64,000 nucleotides of DNA from Ylistrum balloti (GCF_031769215.1 NW_026781862.1:434001-498000), one strand, 5' to 3'. Positions 39,721 through 52,281 are shown, numbered from the stretch's first letter. The notes: generated by a model from the letters alone, not told the origin. Numbers and translations are program-made.

Positions 39721-41240
39721 GACACGAGACGGGCGATGACTCTATTTGTAAGAGAGACATGAGACAGGCGATGACTATATTTGTAAGAGAGACATGAGAC
39801 AGGCGATGACTCTATTTGTAAGAGAGACATGAGACAGGCGATGACTATATTTGTAAGAGAGACATGAGACAGGCGATGACTCTATTTGTAAGAGAGACAT
39901 GAGACAGGCGATGACTCTATTTGTAAGAGAGACACGAGGCAGGCGATGGCTCTATTTGTAAGAGAGACATGAGACAGGCGATGACTCTATTTGTAAGAGA
40001 GACATGAGACAGGCGATGGCTCTATTTGTAAGAGAGACATGAGACAGGCGATGACTCTATTTGTAAGAGAGACATGAGACAGGCGATGACTCTATTTGTA
40101 AGAGAGACATGAGACAGGCGATGACTCTATTTGTAAGAGAGACATGAGACAGGCGATGACTCTATTTGTAAGAGAGACATGAGACAGGCGATGGCTCTAT
40201 TTGTAAGAGAGACATGAGACAGGCGATGACTCTATTTGTAAGAGAGACATGAGACAGGCGATGACTATATTTGTAAGAGAGACATGAGACAGGCGATGAC
40301 TCTATTTGTAAGAGAGACATGAGACAGGCGATGGCTCTATTTGTAAGAGAGACATGAGACAGGCGATGACTCTATTTGTAAGAGAGACATGAGACAGGCG
40401 ATGGCTCTATTTGTAAGAGAGACATGAGACAGGCGGTGGCTCTATTTGTAAGAGAGACATGAGACAGGCGATGACTATATTTGTAAGAGAGACATGAGAC
40501 AGGCGATGGCTCTATTTGTAAGAGAGACATGAGACAGGCGATAACTCTATTTGTAAGAGAGACATGAGACAGGCGATAACTCTATTTGTAAGAGAGACAT
40601 GAGACAGGCGATGACTACATTTGTAAGAGAGACATGAGACAGGCGATGGCTCTATTTGTAAGAGAGACATGAGACAGGCGATGACTCTATTTGTAAGAGA
40701 GACATGAGACAGGCGATGACTATATTTGTAAGAGAGACATGAGACAGGCGATGACTATATTTGTAAGAGAGACATGAGACAGGCGATGACTATATTTGTA
40801 AAAGAGACATGAGACAGGCGATGGCTCTATTTGTAAGAGAGACATGCGACAGGCGATGACTTTATTTGTAAGAGAGACATGAGACAGGCGATGACTCTAT
40901 TTGTAAGAGAGACGTGAGACAGGCGATGACTATATTTGTAAGAGAGACATGAGACAGGCGATGGCTCTATTTGTAAGAGAGACATGAGACAGGCGATGAC
41001 TATATTTGTAAGAGAGACATGAGACAGGCGATGACCTTATTTGTAAGAGAGACATGAGACAGGTGATGACTATATTTGTAAGAGAGACATGAGACAGGCG
41101 ATGACTATATTTGTAAGAGAGACATGAGACAGGCGATGGCTCTATTTGTAAGAGAGACATGAGACAGGCGATGACTATATTTGTAAGAGAGACATGAGAC
41201 AGGCGATGACCTTATTTGTAAAAGAGACATGAGACAGGAG
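39721..41240. repeat. Minisatellite, 35-bp unit B (GCGATGACTCTATTTGTAAGAGAGACATGAGACAG), ~43 copies, contiguous with unit A
   Basis: Tandem periodicity; same length and register as unit A, shares GAGACA(C/T)GAGACAG. Confidence 0.97.
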
Positions 41241-42124
41241 GTGGCCTCATTCATTGAGAATATATGATACTGGCAATTGTTTTGCGTAAAATTGATGGCA
41301 GGGACCATCAGAAAATAGACTAAATTAATTTAGTAGTTAGTGTGATTGTCTGCTAAGCGAGACAGACAAATTGCAAATTGAACAAGAGATCAGCTCGGGT
41401 TATAGTGACGCCTCGCGGGCGTGTATTGTATCACACAGATTTATAATCGATAAATTCACGTTTAAAAACATGGAAGGTGGTTGAAGTGAATGAAAATGGA
41501 AACCAACACATGTTACTTTTGAGAATAAGACTGCAAACCGTACCATTATCAAATATATCCATACTAACATTTAGCATTAATCTGATGAACACAAATGAAA
41601 CTGGATTTTTTCCAGTTAGGGTATTGTAATTATTTTGAAAGCTAATCTTGCCTAATTTCGGATTGGCATGGTAAGAAGTTCCCCATACGTTCTGTAAATT
41701 ACGTTACACATGGTATTCCATCAACGGTCCCGGCATACATTATCTACTATACTACAAACACTGCAGTGAAACTACATTGTAAAATAAAAATAAAATATGC
41801 TTACCATCCGATGTTTCTGAATCTATAACACAGAACTGAAACACAAGAAGGAGTAAAGAAAATAAGTTAGACATGTTCCAGTGCACGTGAGGCGTTGCAG
41901 TCCCTGTGTATACAGTAACTTCAGTGATGGTGTGGTGCGCTACAGATCAGTGATGTCACGTTCTAGTCGGGAGTTCCGCGATCTACACAGCAAACAAAAT
42001 GCTGTAGATTTCAGTCATTTTTCTAGGATAATAGTTTACAAGAAGGAACGGACCACTTCTGACAGAGACTGAAAGACGGATCAATTGACACAACGATTAA
42101 ACCATGGAAATGGTAAATTGCTGC

Positions 42125-42915
42125 AGGTCTCTACTCGGATATAGTAACAGATAGGTCTCTACTTAGATATAGTAACAGACAGGTCTCTACTTAGATATAG
42201 TAACAGGCAGGTCTCTACTTAGATATAGTAACAGACAGGTCCCTACTCAGATATAGTAACAGATAGGTCTCTACTTAGATATAGTATCAGACAGGTCTCT
42301 ACTTAGATATAGTATCAGACAGGTCTCTACTTAGATATAGTAACAGATAGGTCTCTACTTAGATATAGTAACAGATAGGTCTCTACTTAGACATAGTTAC
42401 AGACAGGTCTCTACTTAGATATAGTAACAGATAGGTCTCTACTTAGATATAGTATCAGACAGGTCTCTACTTACATATAGTATCAGACAGGTCTTTACTT
42501 AGATATAGTAACAGATAGGTCTCTACTTAGATATAGTAACAGACAGGTCTCTACTTAGATATAGTAACAGATAGGTCTCTACTTAGATATAGTAACAGAT
42601 AGGTCTCTACTTAGATATAGTAACAGATAGGTCTCTACTTAGATATAGTATCAGACAGGTCTCTACTTAGATATAGTAACAGATAGGTCTCTACTTAGAT
42701 ATAGTAACAGACAGGTCTCTACTTAGATATAGTATCAGACAGGTCTCTACTTAAAGTATCAGACAGGTCTCTACATAGACATAGTACAGATAGGTCTCTA
42801 CTTAGATATAGTAACAGACAGGTCTCTACTTAGATATAGTATCAGACAGGTCTCTACATAGACATAGTACAGATAGGTCTCTACTTAGATATAGTAACAG
42901 ACAGGTCTCTACTTA
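42125..42915. repeat. Minisatellite, 28-bp unit (CAGGTCTCTACTTAGATATAGTAACAGA)
   Basis: Tandem periodicity read directly. Confidence 0.97.
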
Positions 42916-42989
42916 GAGATAGTATCGTACAAGTCTATTATATAACATCAGATATGTTTCTACTACTTTAAATACTGGATTCGCGATAT

Positions 42990-43042
42990 ATACATACATA
43001 CATACATACATACATAGATACATACATACATACATACATACA

Positions 43043-43072
<30 letters not shown>
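42990..43072. repeat. (TACA)n microsatellite
   Basis: Read directly. Confidence 0.98.
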
Positions 43073-43074
<2 letters not shown>

Positions 43075-43349
43075 CTGTACAACTATGACAAAACAAGGCT
43101 CGGTAATGACACCAACTTTTGTCAATTGTTAACACTATAGCACTCGAAATTGATAAAAATATTAGAAGAACCTGTTTTGATGTAAAGGGCACGATCGACA
43201 CTTTAGATATAATCAAAATGTGGCCATGTAAACCGACCGTCGCCCTTCAAAATTGTTCACCTTTCATTTCACTTTGGATAAAACCAAAACAGGTGAGCGA
43301 TGCAGGCCCTTTTGGCTTCTTATTATACATACTTCATTGTGGCAAAGCG

Positions 43350-44790
43350 AAAACGTTTTGACTTCGGGAATTCTCTAGTTTTATTATTCATTATTTCCTG
43401 TGACAAAGCGAAAACGTTGAGGCTTCGGTATTCTCTAGTTTTATTATTCATTATTTCCTGTGACAAAGCGAAAACGCTGGGACTTCGGTATTCTCTAGTT
43501 TTATTATTCATTATTTCCTGTGACAAAGCCAAAACGTTGGGGCTTCGGTATTCTCTAGTTTTATTGTTCATTATTTCCTGTGACAAAGCGAAAACGTTGG
43601 GACTTCGGTATTCTCTAGTTTTATTGTTCATTATTTCCTGTGACAAAGCGGTTACGTTCAGACTGCAGTATTCTCCGGTTTTATTCTGATTTTTTTTCAT
43701 ATGACATGTGAGGTACGTTAACACTTCGATCTTCTCCAGTGTAATCATACAGTTTATACCTCTCTGGACATGAAGTACTTTAATACTGGTGTTCTCTGGT
43801 TTTATCATACAATTCATACTTCCCTGTGACTGAAATAAAGTTAACACTTCGGTGTTCCATAGTGTTATTATGCTCCCCGATGGGAGAGCACGTAGACGCC
43901 GCTTAGTCCGTCATAATTTTGTCCGGAGTATAATACAAAAATATATATATATATGTGGTATCAATATAAAACTTCATAGGTAGATAGATCTCAGCAAGGA
44001 GGAGTGCAGTGCACCATAACCATTACTTTCTTTTGTATAATTGAGGAGTTATTGCCCTTTCTAAATTTGCATACTTCAATTTTGTTTATAACCCATCTCT
44101 GACGGCCCTTGTCATATCAAATGTAATTCATGCTTCCCTGTGACATGTTGATAACTTTAACCTTCAGTGTTCTCTAGTTTTACCACACAATTTATACTTC
44201 CCTGTGATATGGTTATTATAATACTTCGGTATTCTCTATTTTTAACATATAACTAATTCTTCCCTGTGACGTGGTTTTACGTTAACACTTCGATTTTCAC
44301 TATATGTGTTAACATATAATTCATATTTCCCTACGACATGGGGGAAACATTGAACGGTAACACTTCGGTATTCTCTAGTGTAAACATATAACTAATACAT
44401 TCTTACGACATGGCGGATATATTGTACGGTAACATTTCGGTATTCTCTAGTGTTAACATATAACTCATACTTTCTTACGACATGGCGGATACATTGTACG
44501 GTAACATTTCGGTATTCTCTAGTGTTAACATATAACTAATACTTTCTTACGACATGGTGGATATATTGAACGGTAACACTTCGGTATTCTCTAATGTTAA
44601 CATATAACTCATACTTTCTTACGACATGGCGGATACATTGTACGGTAACATTTCGGTATTCTCTAGTGTTAACATATAACTACTACTTTTTTACGACATG
44701 GCGGATATATTGAACGGTAACACTTCGGTATTCTCTAGTGTTAACGTATAACTTATTGTACGGTAACACTTCGATATTCTCTAGTTTCAT
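43350..44790. repeat. Compound tandem family sharing CTTCGGTATTCTCTAGT: 60-bp units (43350-43680), degenerate middle, 72-bp units (44350-44790)
   Basis: Spacing measured: 43421 to 43481 = 60; 44359 to 44431 = 72. Confidence 0.92.
43862..44065 (+). mobile_element. Probable Helentron-associated non-autonomous element (HINE/CvA-like) fragment interrupting the 60/72-bp array
   Basis: 5' TTATTATGCTCCCC-GAT-GGGAGAGCA hairpin, GTCCGTC motif and 3' GGAGTTATTGCCCTT, an architecture recalled from bivalve HINE families; not database-verified. Confidence 0.4.
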
Positions 44791-44889
44791 CATGTGTTTT
44801 TATACTTGTCAATGTTCCGTTTAAACTTTGTTTAAGTTATAGGATTAATTCATCTTCATATTTAAAATGTAGATTTGCATTCTTTTTTT

Positions 44890-45045
44890 TTAATCATTTT
44901 GGGTTTTCTCGGGTTGCCTGCTGGGCTTCAAAGTTTAGGATCTTAGCATCACTGACGAGACCTAGAAACAGCTGTGTTAATTCATTGTTTAGCTCTGCTG
45001 ATCTACCTTTAAATCTGTATTAAAAATGCTATTCACTTGCCAGCC
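44890..45045 (+). mobile_element. Copy B of the hammerhead-bearing dispersed repeat
   Basis: Shares upstream GGTTGCC...GGCTTCAAA...TAGCATC with 63860-63900 and downstream TGTATTAAAA..GCTATTCACTTG with 47590-47615(-). Confidence 0.7.
44946..44976 (+). ncRNA. Hammerhead ribozyme remnant (copy B), intact CUGACGA core, stem II deleted
   Basis: GCATCA-CTGACGA-GACCTA-GAAAC AGCT GTG; stem II truncated, stem I 3' strand lost. Confidence 0.6.
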
Positions 45046-46869
45046 TTTTGTAAAATCTTGGATATTCTCCTGTCTTATTATGTGTTTGGTACTTTGGTAT
45101 TCTCTAGTTTTATCAAACAATTTAAACTTCCCTGTTGCTATGGCAGTTGTATATACAAGTGTATTAACCCTTCGGTATTTTGTAGATTTATCATATCATA
45201 CATCTCTCTCCAGGATGATGGAAGTTACATCAGAAGTATTTTTATAGAGATTATGGGGATAAAAAACAACATTAACACAGGGAACATAACACATGGAGCT
45301 AATTGTGCAATTTGAACAAAAGGGATACATGAAAAAAAAGTATCTCAACCTCCCATATGTAGTCACAACCACCGCGAAATAATTTGAATCACATAGAAAG
45401 GAATTTATTGACGGTGTTGCTCCTTTCGTTTAGTTATTGATTCAGTGTATTGGAAGTACTGTGGTGGTATAAATCTCCTGTCTAACGGGCTAGAATGCAC
45501 TGTGCTGTTACTCCGCATTGTGAATCAATGAACGCATTCTTCAATTCCTCCAAAAATAGCCGTAACAATTATCTATCGGCTTCAATGCAGCATACTAAAT
45601 ATAATGCCAAACAACAAATCCTGATACCATATAGTATGGCTATATCTGAGACTGTTTACAGGAGAAGGGCACTTCTAAGCTTCGGTTTTGTGTGATTCGC
45701 TATCTTTGACTACATTAAGGGTGAAAACGTTTATAATGGTTTACAATGCTGTAGTAATGCTATAGAAAACCTCCATTAGAAGGAGGTCTGTGTATCACAG
45801 GGCTACCAGCCTTTCCTCCTCTGGTAGTGTGGACTTATCATATGAATCAATGATAATGTTGGTCTGTAACGGACTTCTGTAGATATATACGTATACTGTA
45901 ACACACCTATGCCATTGTAGTATGATAGCGGAAAATCTAAGTGAAGGCTATCCGCGGTCCATTTTGTCATTTTTCATCAACAATGTCTGCTGTAAATTAA
46001 AGACTACTTTTGAGCGCAACATTTTTTTTAATTGTTTGCACCAAAATACCTTCATCAGTAGGCAAATTTTCAACCAGTTGTCATTTCAACAATATCTCTG
46101 GAGAAGGCAAATTGGGACGGAGTTAATATTCACTGTGAAATGAAAGAAGATTTAAACCATGGGTATCAGTAGAACAATGTCTTTTGGTAAAATAAACGCC
46201 TTTCGCTCCTCTTGCTTAATTCAAGTTGTGTCGCAGTTAATAGTAAAATTACCCAATGGGATCATGGTGGCTGCCACCTAACAACCCCAAAGTTAACATG
46301 TATCCCTCGAGTTGTACGTTATTCTGACAGCTGTCGACATTTTTCATGGAAATGATGATATTGGGACCAAGCCCTAGAATGACCAATCTAACGCAACATG
46401 TAAAGGCTGTGAGTTAAACCAGCTTGTTACTGTTTAGGAATAACAGATTATCGTAAGGTTTATCAAAATTATACCATATATTAAACATTCGGTGGAAAAC
46501 TGTTGGTGGCGTAGAATTATTCTGATGAACTAATATATAGAATTTCATTTAATATAACAATATATATTTCAAATTAAATTCTAATTGATTTTTTCGCTTA
46601 GTTCGTGGATCACTGTAAATTTCCAGTATTCCAGTATTTTATTGATATAAACAATCATTAGGATTAGACTGCAGGCTAGAGCCTATATCAGTCTTCTCCC
46701 AAAGACAACTTTTCCAATATCTATATAGATTCATGATTTATTTGTTTGCAAAATGTTGTGATTGTAGTTTGTTTTGGGAGAAAGCGTAAATAATGTTGTA
46801 ATTACTGGCGCCCAATCCTGTTGATGATAAATATGGCAATAAAATATATTTGAACACAGAGAATAGTGG

Positions 46870-46935
46870 CGTTGGCGGTAAAGATCGAGGTAAGCAGCTA
46901 TGAGGGATATGTCTTGTCTTTGATTCTGGTAGGTT
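46870..46935 (-). mobile_element. Tiny Penelope-like RT fragment (EIKDKT...AAYLDLY)
   Basis: AAAGATCGAGGTAAGC motif shared with ~16607 and ~47122. Confidence 0.55.
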
Positions 46936-47564
46936 TACATTAATATGTCTGAAAACGAAACTAAAAGACTGTGTAAGGACTTTTTCATCATGTAAACGCA
47001 ATATATGCAAGAAGGTTACTATGCATAAATGGAAAATTCACAATAAGGAAACTGGAACCATCACGTTTATCAAATATATAGCATAATGGAAACCTGTTCA
47101 GATTAGTTACATTGTAGTTAAAGTCGAGGTAAGCGGATGGTGTAGAAGAGTTTGTCGTATCCTAAATTTCCAATTCTTGTGGTATATACGATGGACCAGG
47201 ATAATAAATTTCTTGTTATTTAAAGACAAGATGTCATCAATATATCTGAGGGTGAAACTAAACGGGTTTGTAAGGTTTTTTTCCCTTGTTATATTAATTC
47301 TTCGATAAATTCAGCCTGGTATGTAAACAAAAACAAGTCAGCTAACAGAGGGGCGTAGTTAGTTCCCATATGTATGCCAATAATATGTTGTATGATCTTA
47401 CCATCAAACTTGATGAAGATAATGTCAACTAGAAAATCTATCATTTTATGCTTTCGTCCTCCGTATGTTGGTTCTTTGATTTTGACGTACTGTTCCACGA
47501 AATAACCTCAGAATTGTTCTTAATCATATATTTGTACGGCTGTTTACCTTTCTTGGAAAAGAAA

Positions 47565-47700
47565 GCTCCCGTAAAAAGTGCAAAAGATACAAGTGAATAG
47601 CGCCTTTTAATACAAATCTAGATAAGATACAGTAGAGCCAAAGAAAGAATTTAACTACATCATACAGCTGTTTAGTCCCTCTGGGACTCGTCATTGAGGA
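47565..47700 (-). mobile_element. Copy C of the hammerhead-bearing repeat, inserted within the Penelope-like RT ORF
   Basis: Splits PLE sequence ...HSDQKECL / LRELSF.RKGKQPYKY; aligns with copies A, B and D. Confidence 0.75.
47657..47699 (-). ncRNA. Minimal type I hammerhead ribozyme, degenerate (copy C)
   Basis: Minus strand: CCTCA-ATGACGA-GTCCC AGA GGGAC-TAAAC AGCT GTA-TGATGT; C3>A and G12>T lesions; perfect 5-bp stem II. Confidence 0.7.
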
Positions 47701-49866
47701 GGAAGGCATTCTTTCTGATCAGAATGGGATTTGTTGGCGCACTGAATGGAAAACTCAAATGCTCTTACAGAATTTGTCTTAGAATAGGGCGTTTAAGACT
47801 GGTCAAAAATTCCTTAAGAGTTCTTTAAAATCCACCTAGTATTAATTCCACTTGAGTTAACAGTGTCACAACAAGACTGTGACCCAGACTTAATAGTACT
47901 TAGAATAGTAGTAAGTAGTTTTGACAAAGGTTGGGTTGAACAGATTGACGAAACAGCAATAAAACGTTGTTTACATGGATTTTTGTGGAGTTTAGAAGTG
48001 TCCGTATCCTTATCATTCATAGGCAAAAAGGCATTCTAAATAATTGTGATACTGAAACATAATTAGCCAGTTTTTCTTCTTTGGAGACATTGCGTAATGT
48101 ATAGGTAGGGTTTCCATTGTTATCAAGCAAGCTCAGTTCTGTTTGTTTACAGGTAATGTAATAATGTCTCCAGACAAGGATCAAGTTATTGGACGCCTTA
48201 TCTGCAGGCAAAATGACAACCTGTTATGTAAATTTGAAAGTGTGTGTTAAACATCAGGATCGAGGAACGCTAGCTTGTGTTTTGTTTTAGATTTTAAGCT
48301 GCTAAATCTTGTTAAGAATAATGAAATGAATGGATATAACCCACTCTGAAAGAGACTCAAAGGTAAGATGTTCTCGTTTCACTCTCTTGCATAGTTTTCA
48401 ACGGAAATCATACATATTTTGAGACTTATATTCCAATCAACGAATGGGGTTTCACGATATGTAAGCTCTCGAATCTTAACATTTCGGATAATGCTTAAAT
48501 CACCAGTTACTGTTTACCATTTAACCATCTGACAAGCTGACGGAAGATTAGTTCTAAGGTCATCTACATACTATTGATGTAGTATTTGAAAGTATGATTG
48601 AATATTAACTTGAAGATACTTCTGCCGTTCAATATTGCTGATATTAATAAGCATCCACTCCCTTATTTGCAAACTTAATTTTCATCAATTATCGAGTTGT
48701 TCGAGGACCGCGGCCATCAAAATGTCAATAGAGGAAGAACTCTTGTTTCTTCAATTCATCTGCACACGAAAAATGAATCAGCCGCTTATGTGGACGATTG
48801 TACATAAGAAATCAAAGTGAATTACACCATTTAATACAAGTTCATAGTTAGATACAGTAGAACAAATCGATAAAATTAAGCGTATATTTATGATTTGAAG
48901 CGGTTATTTTTTAAGAGGCTTGCAATATAAGCGTTAGTTTAAACAATATTTTATTTAATAATCAGCAATTTGACAGGTACAGATAATTTTAAGGGACGGG
49001 AAAACAAGCTTAGAGCTTATATTAATTTCTTTACCAAAAGTTTGAACGTTTTCTTTGCTATATATAGTTGACAAGTGTAAGGTGTAGATATAACAAGGTC
49101 ATTCATGACCAGGATGCGTCGGACATTTCATATAATCAGGTGAAACAGAACGTCGACGTTTGCTCACACATATTGAGGTTGATATACTTGTTTTCGTTAA
49201 CTTTGTCACTAATAGATACAATACATACACCTGAGGATCAGGAATATGGCAGATGGCATTCTGATACCAAAGATCAAGCATTTGTAAAGTATTAATCGTG
49301 TATAAAGGTGAAGAGATGTGAGTGACGTTGTAAAGGAATGGGTGAAGTCAACTCCAGAAAAAAATGCAGAAAAAAATGTATTTCATCAAGTGTACTATAA
49401 AAACTTTATACCAAGTACAAGGAGGTACTTTTCTTGTCGTATTTCACTCGCGCCTTTATTTTGGGGAGCAAATAACATTTGCTGGTCTTAAGACTGTTTG
49501 ATATAATGTAGAAAGTGAACTACTTGACCCATAAGTAAACAGAAACATGGTTGTTGAAATTTAGGAGTTTGTTGGCTTTCATGTTTACCTGGTTTTACTT
49601 TGTCTAGAATGGAGTGTGAGTAACAGAATAACAGCACGTGACAACGAGTGATTGCCATTGGCTTTATAAGAGCTGTTACTGGAGATATAGTAAATGCCTG
49701 CTTCCTCTTTTGTGTAATGTGTTATCTAATCTGTACTACGCCATCGATTTTAAATCACAGAGTTACGTCATCTGTCAGCAAACAGGTAAAACCTCTATCA
49801 ACCCTAAAATATATCGTTTTTTTAACTTTAAGGTTTTGTCCATTGAAGTTGCAAACCCGAGACACA

Positions 49867-50076
49867 ATGGCGCATGTTGCGAGTATGAGTATCATTGTTA
49901 CGTATACAGTCGTTAACTTCTGGCTATGGAGTTATGGATATTGTTCGGTTCCACTTGATGATTTTTATGATGCCGGAAACTTAAATTGTCTCAAAGATGA
50001 TGGTTACTATTATTCAGAACTTGTAAACCTGGCTAGTGACTTTGACTTTTTTGGAGACAAATATAGAAGTATATGG
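49867..50076 (+). CDS. NIDO-VWA-VWA secreted protein, exon 1 (signal peptide + NIDO N-terminal flank)
   Basis: MAHVASMSIIVTYTVVNFWLWSYGYCSVPLDDFY...FDFFGDKYRSIW; donor TGG|gtaagt, phase 0. Confidence 0.85.
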
Positions 50077-50149
50077 GTAAGTTTACTATGAGAAATAATT
50101 AAATATATTCAACACTTCATGCATACATTCTGATGTATTAAAGATTAAT

Positions 50150-50500
50150 TCAGGACTTGGACTAGTATGTGAATATCTAAAATGTTGATTTAATTCAAGG
50201 CAAGGACTAGTTCGTGAATCTTCAAAATATAAGTCAACTCAGGCGTAGGACTAGTTCGTGAATCTTCAAAATATAAGAGCTAGGTAGTGTTAGTGAGTCT
50301 GTAAAATGATATTTTAATTCAGGACTAGGACGAGCTCGTAAATCTGTGAAACGTACGTCAACTCAGGACTAGGATGAATTCGTGAACCTTCTAGTTTGAG
50401 AATCAGTAAAATGTTAAGTTAATTAGAGCTAGGACGAGTTTATGAATCTTTAAAATGATAAATTAATTTAGGGCGTGTTTGTGAATCTGTAAAATGATAA
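50150..50500. repeat. Degenerate tandem repeat (AGGACTAGTTCGTGAATCTTCAAAAT...) in intron 1
   Basis: Recurrent GTGAATCT..AAAATG/TA motif. Confidence 0.7.
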
Positions 50501-50633
50501 GTGATGATGGTGGCGCTGTATGATATTTGCTACCAGTTACGTATATAGGCAATGAACATCAATTAAGCTTATTCTGTAGATATTGTTATTACTTATTTAT
50601 ACAAATTATAATATTTTGTTATCTTTATTATAG

Positions 50634-50897
50634 ATAACTGCTAATGGTGCCATGTTTTTTGTCGACAATGTTACCTTCCCAGTTGCACTCTTGACTCCAT
50701 TTTACGTTCTTAATTATTGGAAAAGTACAAAAAGAGTTTGTTGGAAGGAAACTACCTCAGAAAAAGAACTCGAGCGGGCTGGAGAGGAGATAAGATCTTA
50801 CTTCCCAGAACTTGTGAACTTCAATGTGTCCTGGGTACTCATAGTGTCGTGGATTGATGTAACCCCATGGTCTTGTGACTTCAGTGGCAAAAAATGT
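50634..50897 (+). CDS. NIDO-VWA-VWA protein, exon 2: ITANGAMFF...TPFYV...IRSYFPELVNFNVSWVLIVSWIDV...KKC
   Basis: Acceptor ctttattatag, donor TGT|gtaggt, 264 nt phase 0 to 0; NIDO-type 'F..W.LIVTW..V' motif. Confidence 0.9.
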
Positions 50898-51374
50898 GTA
50901 GGTTACATTGTCTGTTGGGATATCAGTATTAAGTATTGAGCTTTCTCTATTGCAGGTACAGCTTCCCACTGCTACGTGTTAGGCCTCCCGCTCTAATCAT
51001 GTCAGTAGATTTTATAAAATCCAAATTTTAAAAAAGAAACGTATCGAATTATTTGATTTAATGAGAACTTTATATTTAGATTGATAAATAGGCAGCAAAA
51101 TATGACCTGCTTTTCACATATTAATGTTAATTGGAATGCAAAGGAATATTTTGTGTCTATGTCAAGACTTTGAGATTTGATTCTTGAAATAGTTTGATTT
51201 TAAAAAGTATTTTATCTTTTTCATGCCTTGTTGTTATTCTTACACAGATGTATTAACTGAAATATTCATTGAACATATGTTAGAAAGATAAAACTGCATA
51301 TTTGGAAGCATTTCTTTTTCGGCTTATCTTGAACTTACATATTAACTTGTATTACTTACTTACCACAAATGTAG

Positions 51375-51437
51375 GTAAGTGGTAGGACAATCAACCCTAG
51401 CGGCAGAGGACGCTTTCTCTTCCGGAACACCCGGTCT
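51375..51437 (+). mobile_element. Short Penelope-like 3'-tail fragment in intron 2
   Basis: AGGACGCTTTCTCTTCCGGAACACCCGGTC is the near-exact reverse complement of 34255-34285. Confidence 0.6.
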
Positions 51438-52149
51438 TTTTGCTTCTTGTATTTTTTTTTTATATTTTGCTGTAGGTTTATTGAATTTGTGTTCAGATTG
51501 TGGTTATGCGCACATGTTGGTCAACATATTTTCTTGATTTTAATTTTTTCTTTTTAAGAGTTACAGATTAGTAGATACATATAGTATATTATCTTATATC
51601 TTAGTGTCAGAAGTAATTAACTGTTTATGCTCTCTTAATGCAGTTATTTACATAGCAACCTATATTCACTTGTTTGACTTCAGAAGTTCACTATTGTTCA
51701 ATTTTATCACTTAAAAACGGGAAAACCTGTTTTTTTTGTTTTTGTTTTTGTTTTTGTTTTTTTTTTTTTTTTTGTTGTTGTTTTCCTGTTATGCATGCCT
51801 CCTGCAATAATGAAGAAAATACCCATATATTCAACTTTCCCTTAAAAATTGAAGAGAAAAATTAATCTACATATACAGATATAAAATTAATTGATGCGGA
51901 AAATACTGAAGATGATTTGATTTATTGGTTTCCATGCTTCCATTTGGTTAACACACATGTATGTAGTTATGTTGGCTCAAATCACGGCTAGCCATTGTGG
52001 GTTCCATTTTGATGTATGAAGTAGTTCAAGGCATGTCTGCTCACGGTACAGTTTTAGAAAAAGCTATCTCTGCTCCTTTCGTTGTAGGGAAAAGTCGAAG
52101 TAATCAGGTAATTTCAATGTCACTTCAAATTATTTTATTTCATTTCTAG

Positions 52150-52281
52150 GCTATCGGTATTCCGAGCAATACCTTTCAGGCAGTGCTGATGACTGACGAC
52201 ATTCTGTCTTTCGTCGTTTACAACTACAACAAGATAGGATACAGCAGGCATTGCTGTGGAATCTACCCATTCTACGCACAG
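52150..52281 (+). CDS. NIDO-VWA-VWA protein, exon 3: AIGIPSNTFQAVLMTDDILSFVVYNY...YAQ
   Basis: Canonical NIDO 'NTFQAVL.TD...SF..FNY' motif; 132 nt, phase 0 to 0, donor CAG|gtaaat. Confidence 0.93.

Larger units (their letters stand above)
46990..48240 (-). mobile_element. Decayed Penelope-like retroelement RT ORF (frameshifted, stop-interrupted)
   Basis: Ordered motifs: VILPADKASNN...GNPTY; KLHKNPCKQRFIA...STQPLSKLLT...WILKNS; FLVDIIF..FDGKI.Q..GIHMGTNYAPLLADLFL; FTLRYIDDILSLNNK; AYLD; FDKRD..FLIVNFPF. Confidence 0.92.

Noticed and set aside
41582-41620. CTGATGA...GAAAC-TGGA-TTTTT-TCCAGTT hammerhead-like string
   Set aside because: No stem II pairing and no stem I complement; unrelated to the four-copy family; probably chance
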